DNA of 64,000 nt from the IMG/VR virus record IMGVR_UViG_3300010430_000005, positions 19,467 through 83,466 of that record; one strand, given 5' to 3'. Every line of letters begins with the position of its first letter. The first letter of the stretch is position 1. Positions 8,993-17,975 of this stretch are shown here, one piece after another. This stretch comes from a virus (Duplodnaviria > Heunggongvirae > Uroviricota > Caudoviricetes). Made by a program: the position numbers and the translations under genes. Under the pieces are notes generated by a model. That model was not told the DNA's origin, searched no databases, and saw nothing but the letters and a program-made list of their open reading frames with translations.

Positions 8993-10720
8993 GTGACTAA
9001 AAAAGAAAAAGACCCGGAGATCAAAGACGTATCTAAGTATGTTGATTTTGATCCAGAGATTACAGAGAACGAACAAGTATCTGAAGCCCTAACACCCGCA
9101 GAAAGAAGGAAACGCGGCCAAGTTATGCGTCGCTATAAGTCCAAAATAGCTGCCGGTAAGCGAAGAGCATCCAAGAAGAGAGCTACGCCGGAGAAACTAA
9201 AGAAAAGAGCTATTAAAAAAGCTAGAGGGTTGATCAAGGACAAGCTGAACAAGTCTAAGTCATATTCCGAAATGTCTGCTGCCGAAAAGGTGGCGCTAGA
9301 TAAGAGAATGGAAAAGATTCCGCAGGCTAGAATAGACAGGTTGGCCAAAAAGCTATTGCCTCAAGTCAAAAAAGACGAGTTAGAACGTATGTCTAAGAAG
9401 AAATCGACGAATGAAGAATTCGAATTATTTCTTGAAAATTGCTGTTTCCCAAAAAGATATCATAAATTACTCACTAAAGACAACTGCGTAAACATAGATC
9501 GTAGATTCAAGATGTACAGGCAGAGGTTTTTAGAAGACGAAAATTTGCACGAAGTTCTAAAGAAAGTAGATGGTAGATGGGCTCTAGTAAGCCGTAAAGA
9601 TCCGTCTAAAGTTCTCCAATATTACGATGGTGAAGGCAAACCTTCAGATGAGTGGGTAAATAAAGTCGAAAAAAGAGTTCAGATGTTTAAACACATGGGT
9701 GAAGAGCATGGCGCTGGCGAATGGGGTACTGACGAGCTAACAGACAAATACAAAAAAGATACTCCAGGTGAAAGCTTGAATGAAAATGCTCTAGGTGCTC
9801 TTAGGTGGGCTACAAAGGCACATTCTGGCCAGAAAAGAAGAAGTGGGGAGCCTTACATTAACCACCCAAAAGAAGTTGCTAGGTTCGTCAAGCAGTTTAA
9901 GAAGTCTCATAACCTGGATGCTCTAATATCGGCAGCTTACTTGCACGACACAATCGAAGACACTGACACGACCCACCAAGACTTAGTTCGTCAATTCGGT
10001 GGCCTTATAGCCGATATGGTTAAAGAACTTACTAGCGACAAAAAAGCTATCGAAGCCATGGGCAAGGGAGAATACATCGCTCAGAAAATGACCAAAATGA
10101 GCAGTTGGGCCCTAGTCGTAAAGCTAGCAGACAGGCTAGCAAATGTCCAAGACATAGATTCGCAATCGCCAGAGTTTCAGAAGAAGTATGCCAACCAAAC
10201 CAAGGTGGCGTTAGACAGGCTGAGAAAAGACCGCGTTTTGACAAAGGCCCACGGTGACCTTATTGATGCTATAGAGAAAAAGATAAAAGAGTATGTCACC
10301 GAGGGTAACCTAATGGGTGTAAACGAGTCTTTCGAGGCTTTGTTAGAGCAAGATTCGTGTGATATAATCACAATGGGGCAAATGAAGGCTTTTGAAAAAT
10401 TTGTGGATAGGATATTCGATAAGTACGATATAGATTTCCAATTCACAAAACACTTCGGAGACCGCATGAGTGACGATAGAAATAAACCATGCATAAAGAT
10501 GAAAGAATTAGCCGACTTTGTTACGAAGATATATAAAAGACAAGGTAAATCCCTAAAAGCAGAAGTAGGCGCCGAAGCAGTAATAAAAGATATGCAATCA
10601 GATTTGAATATTCCTTTGGTTGTGAAATATGACCAAAAGAATGACGAATTCGACATTGTTATGAAGACTATAATGCGCAAAAAGAATTTCAAAACGCCAA
10701 ACAAAGTGATAGAATACTGA
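8993..10720 (+). CDS. RelA/SpoT-type HD-domain protein (candidate (p)ppGpp / alarmone hydrolase) with Lys/Arg-rich N-terminus
   Basis: GTG start with GAAGGAG RBS. HSGQKRRSGEPYINHP...AAYLHDTIEDT matches the RelA/SpoT hydrolase HD motif (R-x-SGEPYI-x-HP ... LHDxxEDT). Preceded by TATAAATA at 8960. Confidence 0.6.
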   Translation: MTKKEKDPEIKDVSKYVDFDPEITENEQVSEALTPAERRKRGQVMRRYKSKIAAGKRRASKKRATPEKLKKRAIKKARGLIKDKLNKSKSYSEMSAAEKVALDKRMEKIPQARIDRLAKKLLPQVKKDELERMSKKKSTNEEFELFLENCCFPKRYHKLLTKDNCVNIDRRFKMYRQRFLEDENLHEVLKKVDGRWALVSRKDPSKVLQYYDGEGKPSDEWVNKVEKRVQMFKHMGEEHGAGEWGTDELTDKYKKDTPGESLNENALGALRWATKAHSGQKRRSGEPYINHPKEVARFVKQFKKSHNLDALISAAYLHDTIEDTDTTHQDLVRQFGGLIADMVKELTSDKKAIEAMGKGEYIAQKMTKMSSWALVVKLADRLANVQDIDSQSPEFQKKYANQTKVALDRLRKDRVLTKAHGDLIDAIEKKIKEYVTEGNLMGVNESFEALLEQDSCDIITMGQMKAFEKFVDRIFDKYDIDFQFTKHFGDRMSDDRNKPCIKMKELADFVTKIYKRQGKSLKAEVGAEAVIKDMQSDLNIPLVVKYDQKNDEFDIVMKTIMRKKNFKTPNKVIEY

Positions 10721-10721
10721 T

Positions 10722-11171
10722 ATGCTAAAATATAAAGATTACGTTTCCGGTTTGGAGGTCTACACGCCAAACCGGAAACAAACATTAGATATGCCTAGAG
10801 GCAGAATGCCCCAAGTTCCTGACGACGCTTTGGGTGAGCTTGCAGATTTCTTTGACGGTAAGGGGATAACTCTGACCTCTAAAAAGGTTAAGGCAGATAC
10901 GCTCCAAGCATCTCAGCGCAATTTCAATAAAGATAAGATACTCAGTGCGGCAGCAAACTATGCTACATCAGACAAAGCCCCACCAATAATAGTATCTAAA
11001 GATAATTATGTTATAGATGGGCACCACAGATGGTTAGGTGCGCTTAATGTTGGGGGCGAAATTCGTGTGTTACAATCTTCAGAAAACGCTAAAGAAACCA
11101 TAGAAGCTATGCTAGACTTTCCTAAGTCATTCAAAAAGAACATAAACGAGAGCTCACAAAGAATGATTTGA
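10722..11171 (+). CDS. ParB/sulfiredoxin-fold nuclease-like protein
   Basis: Contains the DGHHR motif (VIDGHHRWLGA). Confidence 0.5.
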   Translation: MLKYKDYVSGLEVYTPNRKQTLDMPRGRMPQVPDDALGELADFFDGKGITLTSKKVKADTLQASQRNFNKDKILSAAANYATSDKAPPIIVSKDNYVIDGHHRWLGALNVGGEIRVLQSSENAKETIEAMLDFPKSFKKNINESSQRMI

Positions 11172-11797
11172 CTTCCATGAGACATTGCGGCGTTGAAGGG
11201 GTCGATGAGCTTTTATGGGTCAGTAAAGATAAGGGCGCATTTGGTTCTATGACTGACGGGCCTCTTTTCGACTGGATATCCGATAGTGTTAAATTCATGG
11301 AAAACGTCAAAAAATTCGAAACTGTTTTACAGGCTGGCGGTAATTGCGGAATGTATGCTAGATTCTACAGTAATTATTTCGACAGAGTAATAACATTCGA
11401 ACCAGAACCTCTTAACTTCTATTGCTTAGATCGTAATTGCGTAGGTCCTAAATTTGTTAAATACAACGGAGGCTTAGGAAACACCACAACAGAGATGGGC
11501 ATCAAGCAAGGACCGCCGACTAACGTAGGCATGCATAAGATGGTGCCTGGGGAGGGTACTAAAATGTATCGCATAGACGATCTAGATATTAACTCATGCG
11601 ATCTAATCCATCTCGATGTGGAGGGGTACGAAACGGAAGCATTAAAAGGTGCTATAGAGACAATCAAAAAGTTCATGCCAATTATCATAACCGAAAGGTC
11701 AAATGGCGAAAGTATACTAAGAGATTTAGGGTACGTTATGCAAGAGAAATTGAGGATGGATACTGTCTATGTCCCAAAAAATAAAACTGAAGTATAA
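11168..11797 (+). CDS. FkbM-family SAM-dependent methyltransferase
   Basis: Contains GGNCGMYARFYSNYF...VITFEPEP and IHLDVEGYE, typical of FkbM methyltransferases. Start uncertain (TTG at 11168 or ATG at 11177). Confidence 0.55.
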   Translation: MTSMRHCGVEGVDELLWVSKDKGAFGSMTDGPLFDWISDSVKFMENVKKFETVLQAGGNCGMYARFYSNYFDRVITFEPEPLNFYCLDRNCVGPKFVKYNGGLGNTTTEMGIKQGPPTNVGMHKMVPGEGTKMYRIDDLDINSCDLIHLDVEGYETEALKGAIETIKKFMPIIITERSNGESILRDLGYVMQEKLRMDTVYVPKNKTEV

Positions 11798-12350
11798 CAT
11801 ATCATCTTGGGATGCGTCCGGTCTTAATTTCTGGGGAATCACCAAATCAGGCAATACGTCGGTTAAACTAGCATTAATAAGTATACGAGACAGAGAGAGC
11901 AAAAGCCTTGGCGGCACTGAACAGTGGGCCCATAGTGAAAAAATGGCGAACTACATAACACCTGACGAAGCACTAGAAAATGGCAATTACAATTTTTCTG
12001 TTACGCGTCATCCTTTTGATCGTTTCGTTAGCATGTATAAAGATGCTTTAAATAGAAGAAACATATATGGTTTTTCTGGGCATTCGATCGACGATTTTAT
12101 CGAGTATGTTAAAAAGAGACCAGACTCTGAGAACAATATACATGTTAGATCACAGTCATATTTTATAGGCGATAACAATATCGAAACTATCGACTTATAC
12201 GACACCGACAGAATAGAAGAATTATTAGGTGTGCCAATATCGAAAGCAAACCCGTCCGAAGGTTTTGCAGAATTAAATGAAAAACAAAAACAAATCGTAT
12301 ATTCTTTATACGAGAAGGATTTCGAAAGATTAGGCTATGAATACAGATAA
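11769..12350 (+). CDS. sulfotransferase-family protein (PAPS-binding motifs)
   Basis: GITKSGNTS resembles the 5'-PSB loop (PKSGTTW). RHPFDRFVS resembles the 3'-PB motif (RDPxDxxxS). Confidence 0.5.
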   Translation: MSQKIKLKYNISSWDASGLNFWGITKSGNTSVKLALISIRDRESKSLGGTEQWAHSEKMANYITPDEALENGNYNFSVTRHPFDRFVSMYKDALNRRNIYGFSGHSIDDFIEYVKKRPDSENNIHVRSQSYFIGDNNIETIDLYDTDRIEELLGVPISKANPSEGFAELNEKQKQIVYSLYEKDFERLGYEYR

Positions 12351-12933
12351 ATTACTATTAGTGGCTAGCGGATTCAGTGCTAAGCAAATTAATGACTATG
12401 ACTATAAAGGAAATGGATGGAAAATAGTAACCATAAACAACGGCTGGATGGCATGTGAGGATTGGGATTATTGGGTAAGATCAAGAGATTTTACCGGGGA
12501 AAGACCAACATCTATAAAGGACTCTCAATTCGAAGTTAGAAAATACGCAGGCTCTCTAAATAAGTTCGGAGGTCATGCTGCGTGTGGGTACTCGATAACC
12601 TTATGTGCGGGATATTGGTGTTTAGATAATCTAAACCCGAAAGTTATAGGTTACTTGGACGCTGACATGAATTACACACCTGACGGTAAGGGTCACACTC
12701 ATATATACGGTGTGGGTTACGACATAGAGAAAAGAGGTATACCTGACCCAGACAGAATGGCAGAAATGCACGGAAAAGGGAACCCAAACTACCTTACAGA
12801 CATATACAATAGATTCCGAGATATAGCTAAAGATAACGATTGTAGTGTTTATAATTTCTCAAAAGATACGAATACGAGACTACCTTATAGTAAAAACGAT
12901 CCTTCAATTATAGATAAGGAGATAGAGAGTTGA
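12337..12933 (+). CDS. hypothetical protein (overlaps neighbours; same operon as methyltransferase/sulfotransferase)
   Basis: 198-aa ORF overlapping both neighbouring genes by a few codons. Confidence 0.4.
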   Translation: MNTDKLLLVASGFSAKQINDYDYKGNGWKIVTINNGWMACEDWDYWVRSRDFTGERPTSIKDSQFEVRKYAGSLNKFGGHAACGYSITLCAGYWCLDNLNPKVIGYLDADMNYTPDGKGHTHIYGVGYDIEKRGIPDPDRMAEMHGKGNPNYLTDIYNRFRDIAKDNDCSVYNFSKDTNTRLPYSKNDPSIIDKEIES

Positions 12934-13763
12934 TTACGAAAAACGATTTAAGCAAGTTAATCAAAAAAGATGTAGATGAATGGTTTGACATTATATCAGA
13001 ATTGCTGCCCATCTATAAAATAGACACTCCAGAAAGAATTGCCGGATTCCTCTCTCAGTGTTTACATGAAAGTGCTGGGTTTTCTGTGTTAGAGGAAAAC
13101 CTAAATTATAGCGAAGCCGGCCTAAACAGAACATTCGCAAAATACTTCAAAAAAGCGGGGAGAGACGCTAAACCTTATGCGAGACGACCCGAAAAGATAG
13201 CAAATCTAGTTTATGCTAATAGGATAGGTAATGGGAGTGTTTCTTCAGGAGACGGTTGGCGTTATAGAGGACGCGGAGTGATACAACTCACAGGGAAAAG
13301 CAATTACAGAGATTTTGCTAAATTCCTAAACATTAGTGTAGAAAGAGCGATTGGGTACCTAGGGACGAAGAAGGGCGCCATGGAGTCTGCGTGTTGGTTC
13401 TGGTATAAGAACAACATTAACGATTTAGCGGATAAAAGGGATGTTACCAAAATGACGAGAAAAGTCAACGGTGGCAGGCACGGTTTAGCCGAAAGAAAGC
13501 GTTGGTATAATATCATTATTGGCTTGTTTGAAGGTGATTCTTCAGAAAAAGAGGCAGTCAATTCTATAAACTTGCCTACGTTAGGTGTAGGCGATCGTGG
13601 AGATAGTGTCGCTAAGATGCAAAAAGCACTAGGTTTAAGAGCAGACGGCATATTCGGACCAAACACTAAAAGAGCAGTTAAGAAATATCAAAGAAGTAAT
13701 GGCCTAATTGCTGACGGTGTTGCGGGCCCTAAAACATTGTCAAAATTATATGGTGCACAATGA
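12930..13763 (+). CDS. endolysin: GH19 chitinase-like lysozyme with C-terminal peptidoglycan-binding domain
   Basis: The N-terminal GFLSQCLHESAGF...NYSEAGLNRTF is GH19-like. The C-terminal GDRGDSVAKMQKALGLRADGIFGPNTKRAVKKYQRSNGLIADGVAGPKT is a PG_binding_1 repeat. Confidence 0.7.
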   Translation: MITKNDLSKLIKKDVDEWFDIISELLPIYKIDTPERIAGFLSQCLHESAGFSVLEENLNYSEAGLNRTFAKYFKKAGRDAKPYARRPEKIANLVYANRIGNGSVSSGDGWRYRGRGVIQLTGKSNYRDFAKFLNISVERAIGYLGTKKGAMESACWFWYKNNINDLADKRDVTKMTRKVNGGRHGLAERKRWYNIIIGLFEGDSSEKEAVNSINLPTLGVGDRGDSVAKMQKALGLRADGIFGPNTKRAVKKYQRSNGLIADGVAGPKTLSKLYGAQ

Positions 13764-13927
13764 TAAATTTTAAACAGCATACCATCGTCGAATCTTTTCA
13801 GAAAGGCGATAAGATAGTCATAGACGGAGAATCCGTGACTATTACCAAAGTAGACAAAGAGTTTGAGATTGTATATTTTGAAGACAGTGAAGGAAAAAAA
13901 GATTCTAGAGGATTTGAAGAATTATGA
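13760..13927 (+). CDS. small hypothetical protein (55 aa)
   Basis: ATGA overlap with the endolysin stop and with the next start. Confidence 0.25.
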   Translation: MINFKQHTIVESFQKGDKIVIDGESVTITKVDKEFEIVYFEDSEGKKDSRGFEEL

Positions 13928-14478
13928 AGAATTTTTTCGAACACAATATACAAATGGCTATCGAATACCATATAGAAAAAGGCATACCTTTTAGCGAAAA
14001 TGTCTTCAGGCCCCACTCAAAAACAAACTACGCTTTATTCAGAGAAGCATCTACCATGCTAAAAGAGGGCAACTATACTCCTAACGATGAGCTAGAAGAA
14101 GAATTGTTGATGACAGATATAGGAAATTTTGGCATATACGAAGGTAAGGAAGTGCCACTAGATTTTCCTCTAAGCGAAGCAGAATACAAAGGCAGAGATG
14201 TAGATTTAGATACGCCCAAAAGAGGCGGGTCTAGAAAGTTCTATGTGTACACCAAAAACCCCGATACGGGTAAAGTCATTAAAGTAGAGTTCGGTGCTAA
14301 AGATGGCGGGCAAGATCTAGCAATTAAAATAGACGACCCCAAGGCTCGGAAAAACTTTGCCGCGAGGCATAATTGCAAAGACAAAAAAGACAAAACCAAA
14401 GCAGGCTATTGGAGTTGTAGATTGCCGTATTACGCGAAATCTTTGGGTCTATCGACCGGAGGAAACTTTTTTTGGTGA
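13924..14478 (+). CDS. hypothetical protein
   Basis: 184-aa ORF. Confidence 0.45.
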   Translation: MKNFFEHNIQMAIEYHIEKGIPFSENVFRPHSKTNYALFREASTMLKEGNYTPNDELEEELLMTDIGNFGIYEGKEVPLDFPLSEAEYKGRDVDLDTPKRGGSRKFYVYTKNPDTGKVIKVEFGAKDGGQDLAIKIDDPKARKNFAARHNCKDKKDKTKAGYWSCRLPYYAKSLGLSTGGNFFW

Positions 14479-14744
14479 AGCCTTATACAGACGTTGCGCT
14501 ATGCGAAAATTCATGGATTAGGATATTCGACATAAACAATGCAAAAGAACAAGATTTTGTTTGGCACAGAGATAGTCGAGATAGAAAGATTAAAGTCATA
14601 TATGGCGCCAATTGGTATTTCCAATACGATGATTCTATGCCTATCAACATTACAGAAGGCGATGTTTTATATGTAGAGGCAATGGAGTATCACAGACTTA
14701 TTATGGGCGATACTACTTTGGCGTTATACATACAAGAACTATGA
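14472..14744 (+). CDS. hypothetical protein
   Basis: 90-aa ORF with a non-ATG start in the track. Confidence 0.3.
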   Translation: MVKPYTDVALCENSWIRIFDINNAKEQDFVWHRDSRDRKIKVIYGANWYFQYDDSMPINITEGDVLYVEAMEYHRLIMGDTTLALYIQEL

Positions 14745-14748
14745 TATT

Positions 14749-14756
14749 ATAAATAA
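14749..14756 (+). promoter_or_regulatory. T4-type late promoter TATAAATA
   Basis: Exact TATAAATA 35 nt upstream of the 14792 gene, which has a structural-like composition. Confidence 0.4.
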
Positions 14757-14791
14757 AAAAGAACTCATAACAATAACAAAAGGAGAAGTTC

Positions 14792-15349
14792 ATGTCACTT
14801 TGGGGCAATACAGATAACCTTGCGGGTGCGCCTAAATGGCTAGCGCCAACATTAACTATAGACGCAACATCAAATACGGTTGTTATTGCGGCGTCGGATT
14901 CTATAGTTTATGCTGACCATGGCCTAGTTACTGGAGACCCAGTAACTTATTCTAGCGACGATGCAAATAACGTAATAGTCGGCCTTACCGACTCTACTCT
15001 ATACTACGCTATCAGAGTAGACGAAGACACTATCAAATTAGCTAGCAACACATCAAACGCAATTGCGGGTACTGCTGTTGATATTACAGATGTTGGTCTT
15101 AACGATGCTGACACTCTACAGAAAACACCAGATAACCTTTATTTTGTAGACACGACTGAAGTAGGTGTTGCTGCAAACAAAGCAAAGGGCTTCACTGCTC
15201 CTGGCTGGTGGGTATACGAAACATATACAGATAGCGGCTCAAATACTCGCCATAAAGCTGTTTGTGTTGCGGAACTATCTGTTGCGGTCGGTACATCTGG
15301 CGATGCTGGCGTCGACGGTAGCGATGACGCGGTTGTTGCTGATTCCTAA
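14792..15349 (+). CDS. Ser/Thr/Asp/Ala-rich hypothetical protein, possibly virion-associated
   Basis: RBS aaaggagaagttcATG. Composition resembles capsid-decoration or fibre proteins. Has a late promoter. Confidence 0.45.
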   Translation: MSLWGNTDNLAGAPKWLAPTLTIDATSNTVVIAASDSIVYADHGLVTGDPVTYSSDDANNVIVGLTDSTLYYAIRVDEDTIKLASNTSNAIAGTAVDITDVGLNDADTLQKTPDNLYFVDTTEVGVAANKAKGFTAPGWWVYETYTDSGSNTRHKAVCVAELSVAVGTSGDAGVDGSDDAVVADS

Positions 15350-15366
15350 TAGGGTCACATAAATAA

Positions 15367-15750
15367 ATGGAACTAAGAGAATCAACCTTCATTAGATATG
15401 CAATGAACCATTACGACAACCCTCATTGCACAAGTGTAGATGAATTTGAAGAAGACATAAAAAGATTTATGTATGTTCGAAAACTGTTCAACAAATACGA
15501 ATCTTTAGGCGATCTTAATGAGAGGTTGATTCTCAACCATTTAATAATTTTATTTAACTGTTTTGGTCAAGCAGCGACTAATATGCTATTCTTTCAAATG
15601 CAGGAATACCACAGCTACTTGAAACCATTTATAGTGTTGCTTAATTACATGCCAGATGCAATACATTATGAAAACAAAACAATAATATCAAAAAACGTCG
15701 AATCAGATATTAGGATATCTGTTAGATTAGAAAAAATCGCAAAGGCATAA
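15367..15750 (+). CDS. hypothetical protein
   Basis: 127-aa ORF. Confidence 0.4.
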   Translation: MELRESTFIRYAMNHYDNPHCTSVDEFEEDIKRFMYVRKLFNKYESLGDLNERLILNHLIILFNCFGQAATNMLFFQMQEYHSYLKPFIVLLNYMPDAIHYENKTIISKNVESDIRISVRLEKIAKA

Positions 15751-15751
15751 C

Positions 15752-16312
15752 ATGTTAGACTTATTTCTATTATATCAATTTATTAGGCGCTTGGCCACAC
15801 CTTTTAATAAGTGGAAGGCGTATGACTTAGGCATAATAGATGAAAGAGGAGAGATACTCAAGCCAAGAAAATCACTCAAAACAGTCAAAGAAAGAGACGC
15901 ATTTGGCTTATTCGACGTCCTTATTTTGAATATCAAAAAATTAATCGAAAAGGCACCCGGCGGTAAATCAAGACTAGCTTCATACGCTGCCGCATTATAT
16001 TTGATAAAAGAACACAATATGTTTAACAAAAACAAAACATTGTTAAACGAACAAATAATAAACATAAATTATCATTTATTACAACAATATGTTGAGTATA
16101 CAGTCAACGAGAAGTTTGTCAACACAAAAATAGAGGAATCTTTAGAAATGTTGAAGGAAGAGATAACCATGTCTGCAGGTTCAGGACAAGTAGCAGGCAT
16201 AGGTATCGGCCCTGATGGCGAGCCGGGTGTTACTCCCGAAAAACAAAAAGAATACAAAAAGAAAAACCGTAAATCTTACAAAAAATTCGTAAAGGAATTA
16301 GAGGTAGATTGA
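15752..16312 (+). CDS. hypothetical protein with basic C-terminus
   Basis: 186-aa ORF ending KKNRKSYKKFVKELEVD. Confidence 0.4.
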   Translation: MLDLFLLYQFIRRLATPFNKWKAYDLGIIDERGEILKPRKSLKTVKERDAFGLFDVLILNIKKLIEKAPGGKSRLASYAAALYLIKEHNMFNKNKTLLNEQIININYHLLQQYVEYTVNEKFVNTKIEESLEMLKEEITMSAGSGQVAGIGIGPDGEPGVTPEKQKEYKKKNRKSYKKFVKELEVD

Positions 16313-16313
16313 T

Positions 16314-16784
16314 TTGAGACAGTGGGTAATTATAGGAATTCTTGTTTCGGTCATGTGCGCGGCTGCGTATGTGTACTTTACCTATACCCAAAACACCATA
16401 AATGATCTGGTCGAAGAAAAGTCTACCCTTGAAGAAAATTTATCTTCGCTCGAAATCGCCAATAACGAAAACTTAAATACCATCGAAAGTATGAACGAGT
16501 CTTATGCCGAAATACGTAGAAATTTCGATTCTCTGGAAAGAGATTTCAAAGATATAAGCTCTAAGAACAATGAGTTGCTAGAAAGATTGTCGAAGCACGA
16601 CATAGGTGCTTTAGCATATTCGAAACCTAACTTAGTCGAGAATATAGTGAACAATGCCAGCAGTAAGGCTCTTAGGTGTTTTGAGATAATGTCAGGTGCA
16701 CCCTTAACAAACAAAGAAAGGAACGCTAGTAATGCTAAAGAGTTTAACTCTGAGTGTCCTTGGCTTTTCGGTACTGTTGACTAG
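16314..16784 (+). CDS. i-spanin-like protein (N-terminal TM + periplasmic coiled coil)
   Basis: TM segment WVIIGILVSVMCAAAYVYF followed by heptad-rich, charged coiled-coil sequence. Confidence 0.45.
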   Translation: MRQWVIIGILVSVMCAAAYVYFTYTQNTINDLVEEKSTLEENLSSLEIANNENLNTIESMNESYAEIRRNFDSLERDFKDISSKNNELLERLSKHDIGALAYSKPNLVENIVNNASSKALRCFEIMSGAPLTNKERNASNAKEFNSECPWLFGTVD

Positions 16785-17082
16785 CGCGTGTTCGACACAA
16801 CCTATCGAAAAAATAGTAGTAAGAAAAGAATTAATAGAGAAACCCGCACCTATAATTCCTTCTATAGAGCCTGTAAATCTCAAGCCAGTACAGTGGAAAG
16901 TGATAACAGATAAAAACAGCGATACGGTCTTTGCAGAGATTCGTAACACAGGTAAAGACCCTGTTGTGTTCGCTTTAACTAAAGATCAATATGAGAATAT
17001 TTCATATAATTTGAATGACCTTAGGTCGTACATAGCCAAACAACAAGAAGTTATAAATACGTATAGACGTTCATACAAATAA
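16732..17082 (+). CDS. o-spanin-like outer-membrane lipoprotein
   Basis: Lipobox LLTSAC after a hydrophobic signal. Pro-rich mature region. 5' end overlaps the i-spanin-like gene in another frame (Rz/Rz1-like architecture). Confidence 0.45.
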   Translation: MLKSLTLSVLGFSVLLTSACSTQPIEKIVVRKELIEKPAPIIPSIEPVNLKPVQWKVITDKNSDTVFAEIRNTGKDPVVFALTKDQYENISYNLNDLRSYIAKQQEVINTYRRSYK

Positions 17083-17093
17083 GGAGAATTAAC

Positions 17094-17573
17094 ATGTCTG
17101 TGGATAAAATCCTAACAGAAGCAGTAAGCGAAAACCCTATCGCATTTAAAAAACTCGTAGAAGAGGAAATCCGTTCTAGGGTTGTTTTAGCTTTAGAAGC
17201 AAAAAGAGAAGAAATGGAAGCTGACGAAGAAGAAATGGAAGCTGACCAGCTTGATGAAATGCGTAATGGTAAGATTGTAAAGGATCTCGGTAGAGGTATA
17301 AAGGTAACTATTGAGGACGGCGGTGCTGTTATTTCCGATAGAACAGCACCTGGTGGGCGCCAGATGGTAGTTTTGGAACCAGAGCAGGTTGAAAAAATGT
17401 CTTCGATGGTGAAGTCAAAAAAATCTGTAAAGGGTGAAAATCTTGGCAGCGGAATAAAAATGAGCATAGATGGTGACGGTGCTGTGGTTTTGACTGATAG
17501 GACATCACCCGGTGGCCAGGAAATGGTGGTTCTAGAACCAGAGCAGGTCGATAAAATTATGAGTATGGTCTAA
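17094..17573 (+). CDS. acidic protein with internal tandem repeats
   Basis: RBS aaggagaattaacATG. Contains a duplicated EEEMEAD and two ~42-aa repeats of GxGIKxxIxDGGAVxxDRTxPGGxxMVVLEPEQVxKxxSMV. Confidence 0.5.
   Translation: MSVDKILTEAVSENPIAFKKLVEEEIRSRVVLALEAKREEMEADEEEMEADQLDEMRNGKIVKDLGRGIKVTIEDGGAVISDRTAPGGRQMVVLEPEQVEKMSSMVKSKKSVKGENLGSGIKMSIDGDGAVVLTDRTSPGGQEMVVLEPEQVDKIMSMV
17283..17570 (+). repeat. two tandem ~125-nt coding repeats inside the 17094 ORF
   Basis: Repeat 1 (~17283-17414) and repeat 2 (~17445-17570) encode near-identical peptide units. Confidence 0.5.
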
Positions 17574-17625
17574 TATTTCTAGAACAACACGGAATAACAC
17601 TCCGTTAATTTCGCAGAAGCAGTTA

Positions 17626-17667
17626 GAAGAAGTGGCGGTTTTTTATGGACCGCCACTTCTTCTTTTA
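17626..17667 (+). terminator. rho-independent terminator
   Basis: AGAAGAAGTGGCGG-loop-CCGCCACTTCTTCT (14-bp perfect stem) followed by TTTT. Confidence 0.65.
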
Positions 17668-17678
17668 TAAATACGTAT

Positions 17679-17975
17679 ATGAGACGAGATAAAGAAAGTT
17701 GGATACAGTCCCATTGGAGACCAATGGTCGCTGTTGTTTACGTTATGATAATCATATTCGATTTTATGGTAGCGCCGATAATGTGGAGTATCCTTCAATG
17801 GATAGCTTCTGGTGATGTTGTTTCACAATGGGTGCCCCTCACAGCCACATCCGGTGGCTTGTTTCATGCTGCGATGGGCGGCATAATAGGTGCAAGTGCT
17901 TTTACACGCGGCCAAGAAAAAGTAGAACGTATAAAAGCAGAGGGAAAATTCGATGACATCGAACGAGGAATTTAA
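17679..17975 (+). CDS. small membrane protein
   Basis: Two predicted TM helices. TATAAATA at 17666 immediately upstream. Confidence 0.45.
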   Translation: MRRDKESWIQSHWRPMVAVVYVMIIIFDFMVAPIMWSILQWIASGDVVSQWVPLTATSGGLFHAAMGGIIGASAFTRGQEKVERIKAEGKFDDIERGI

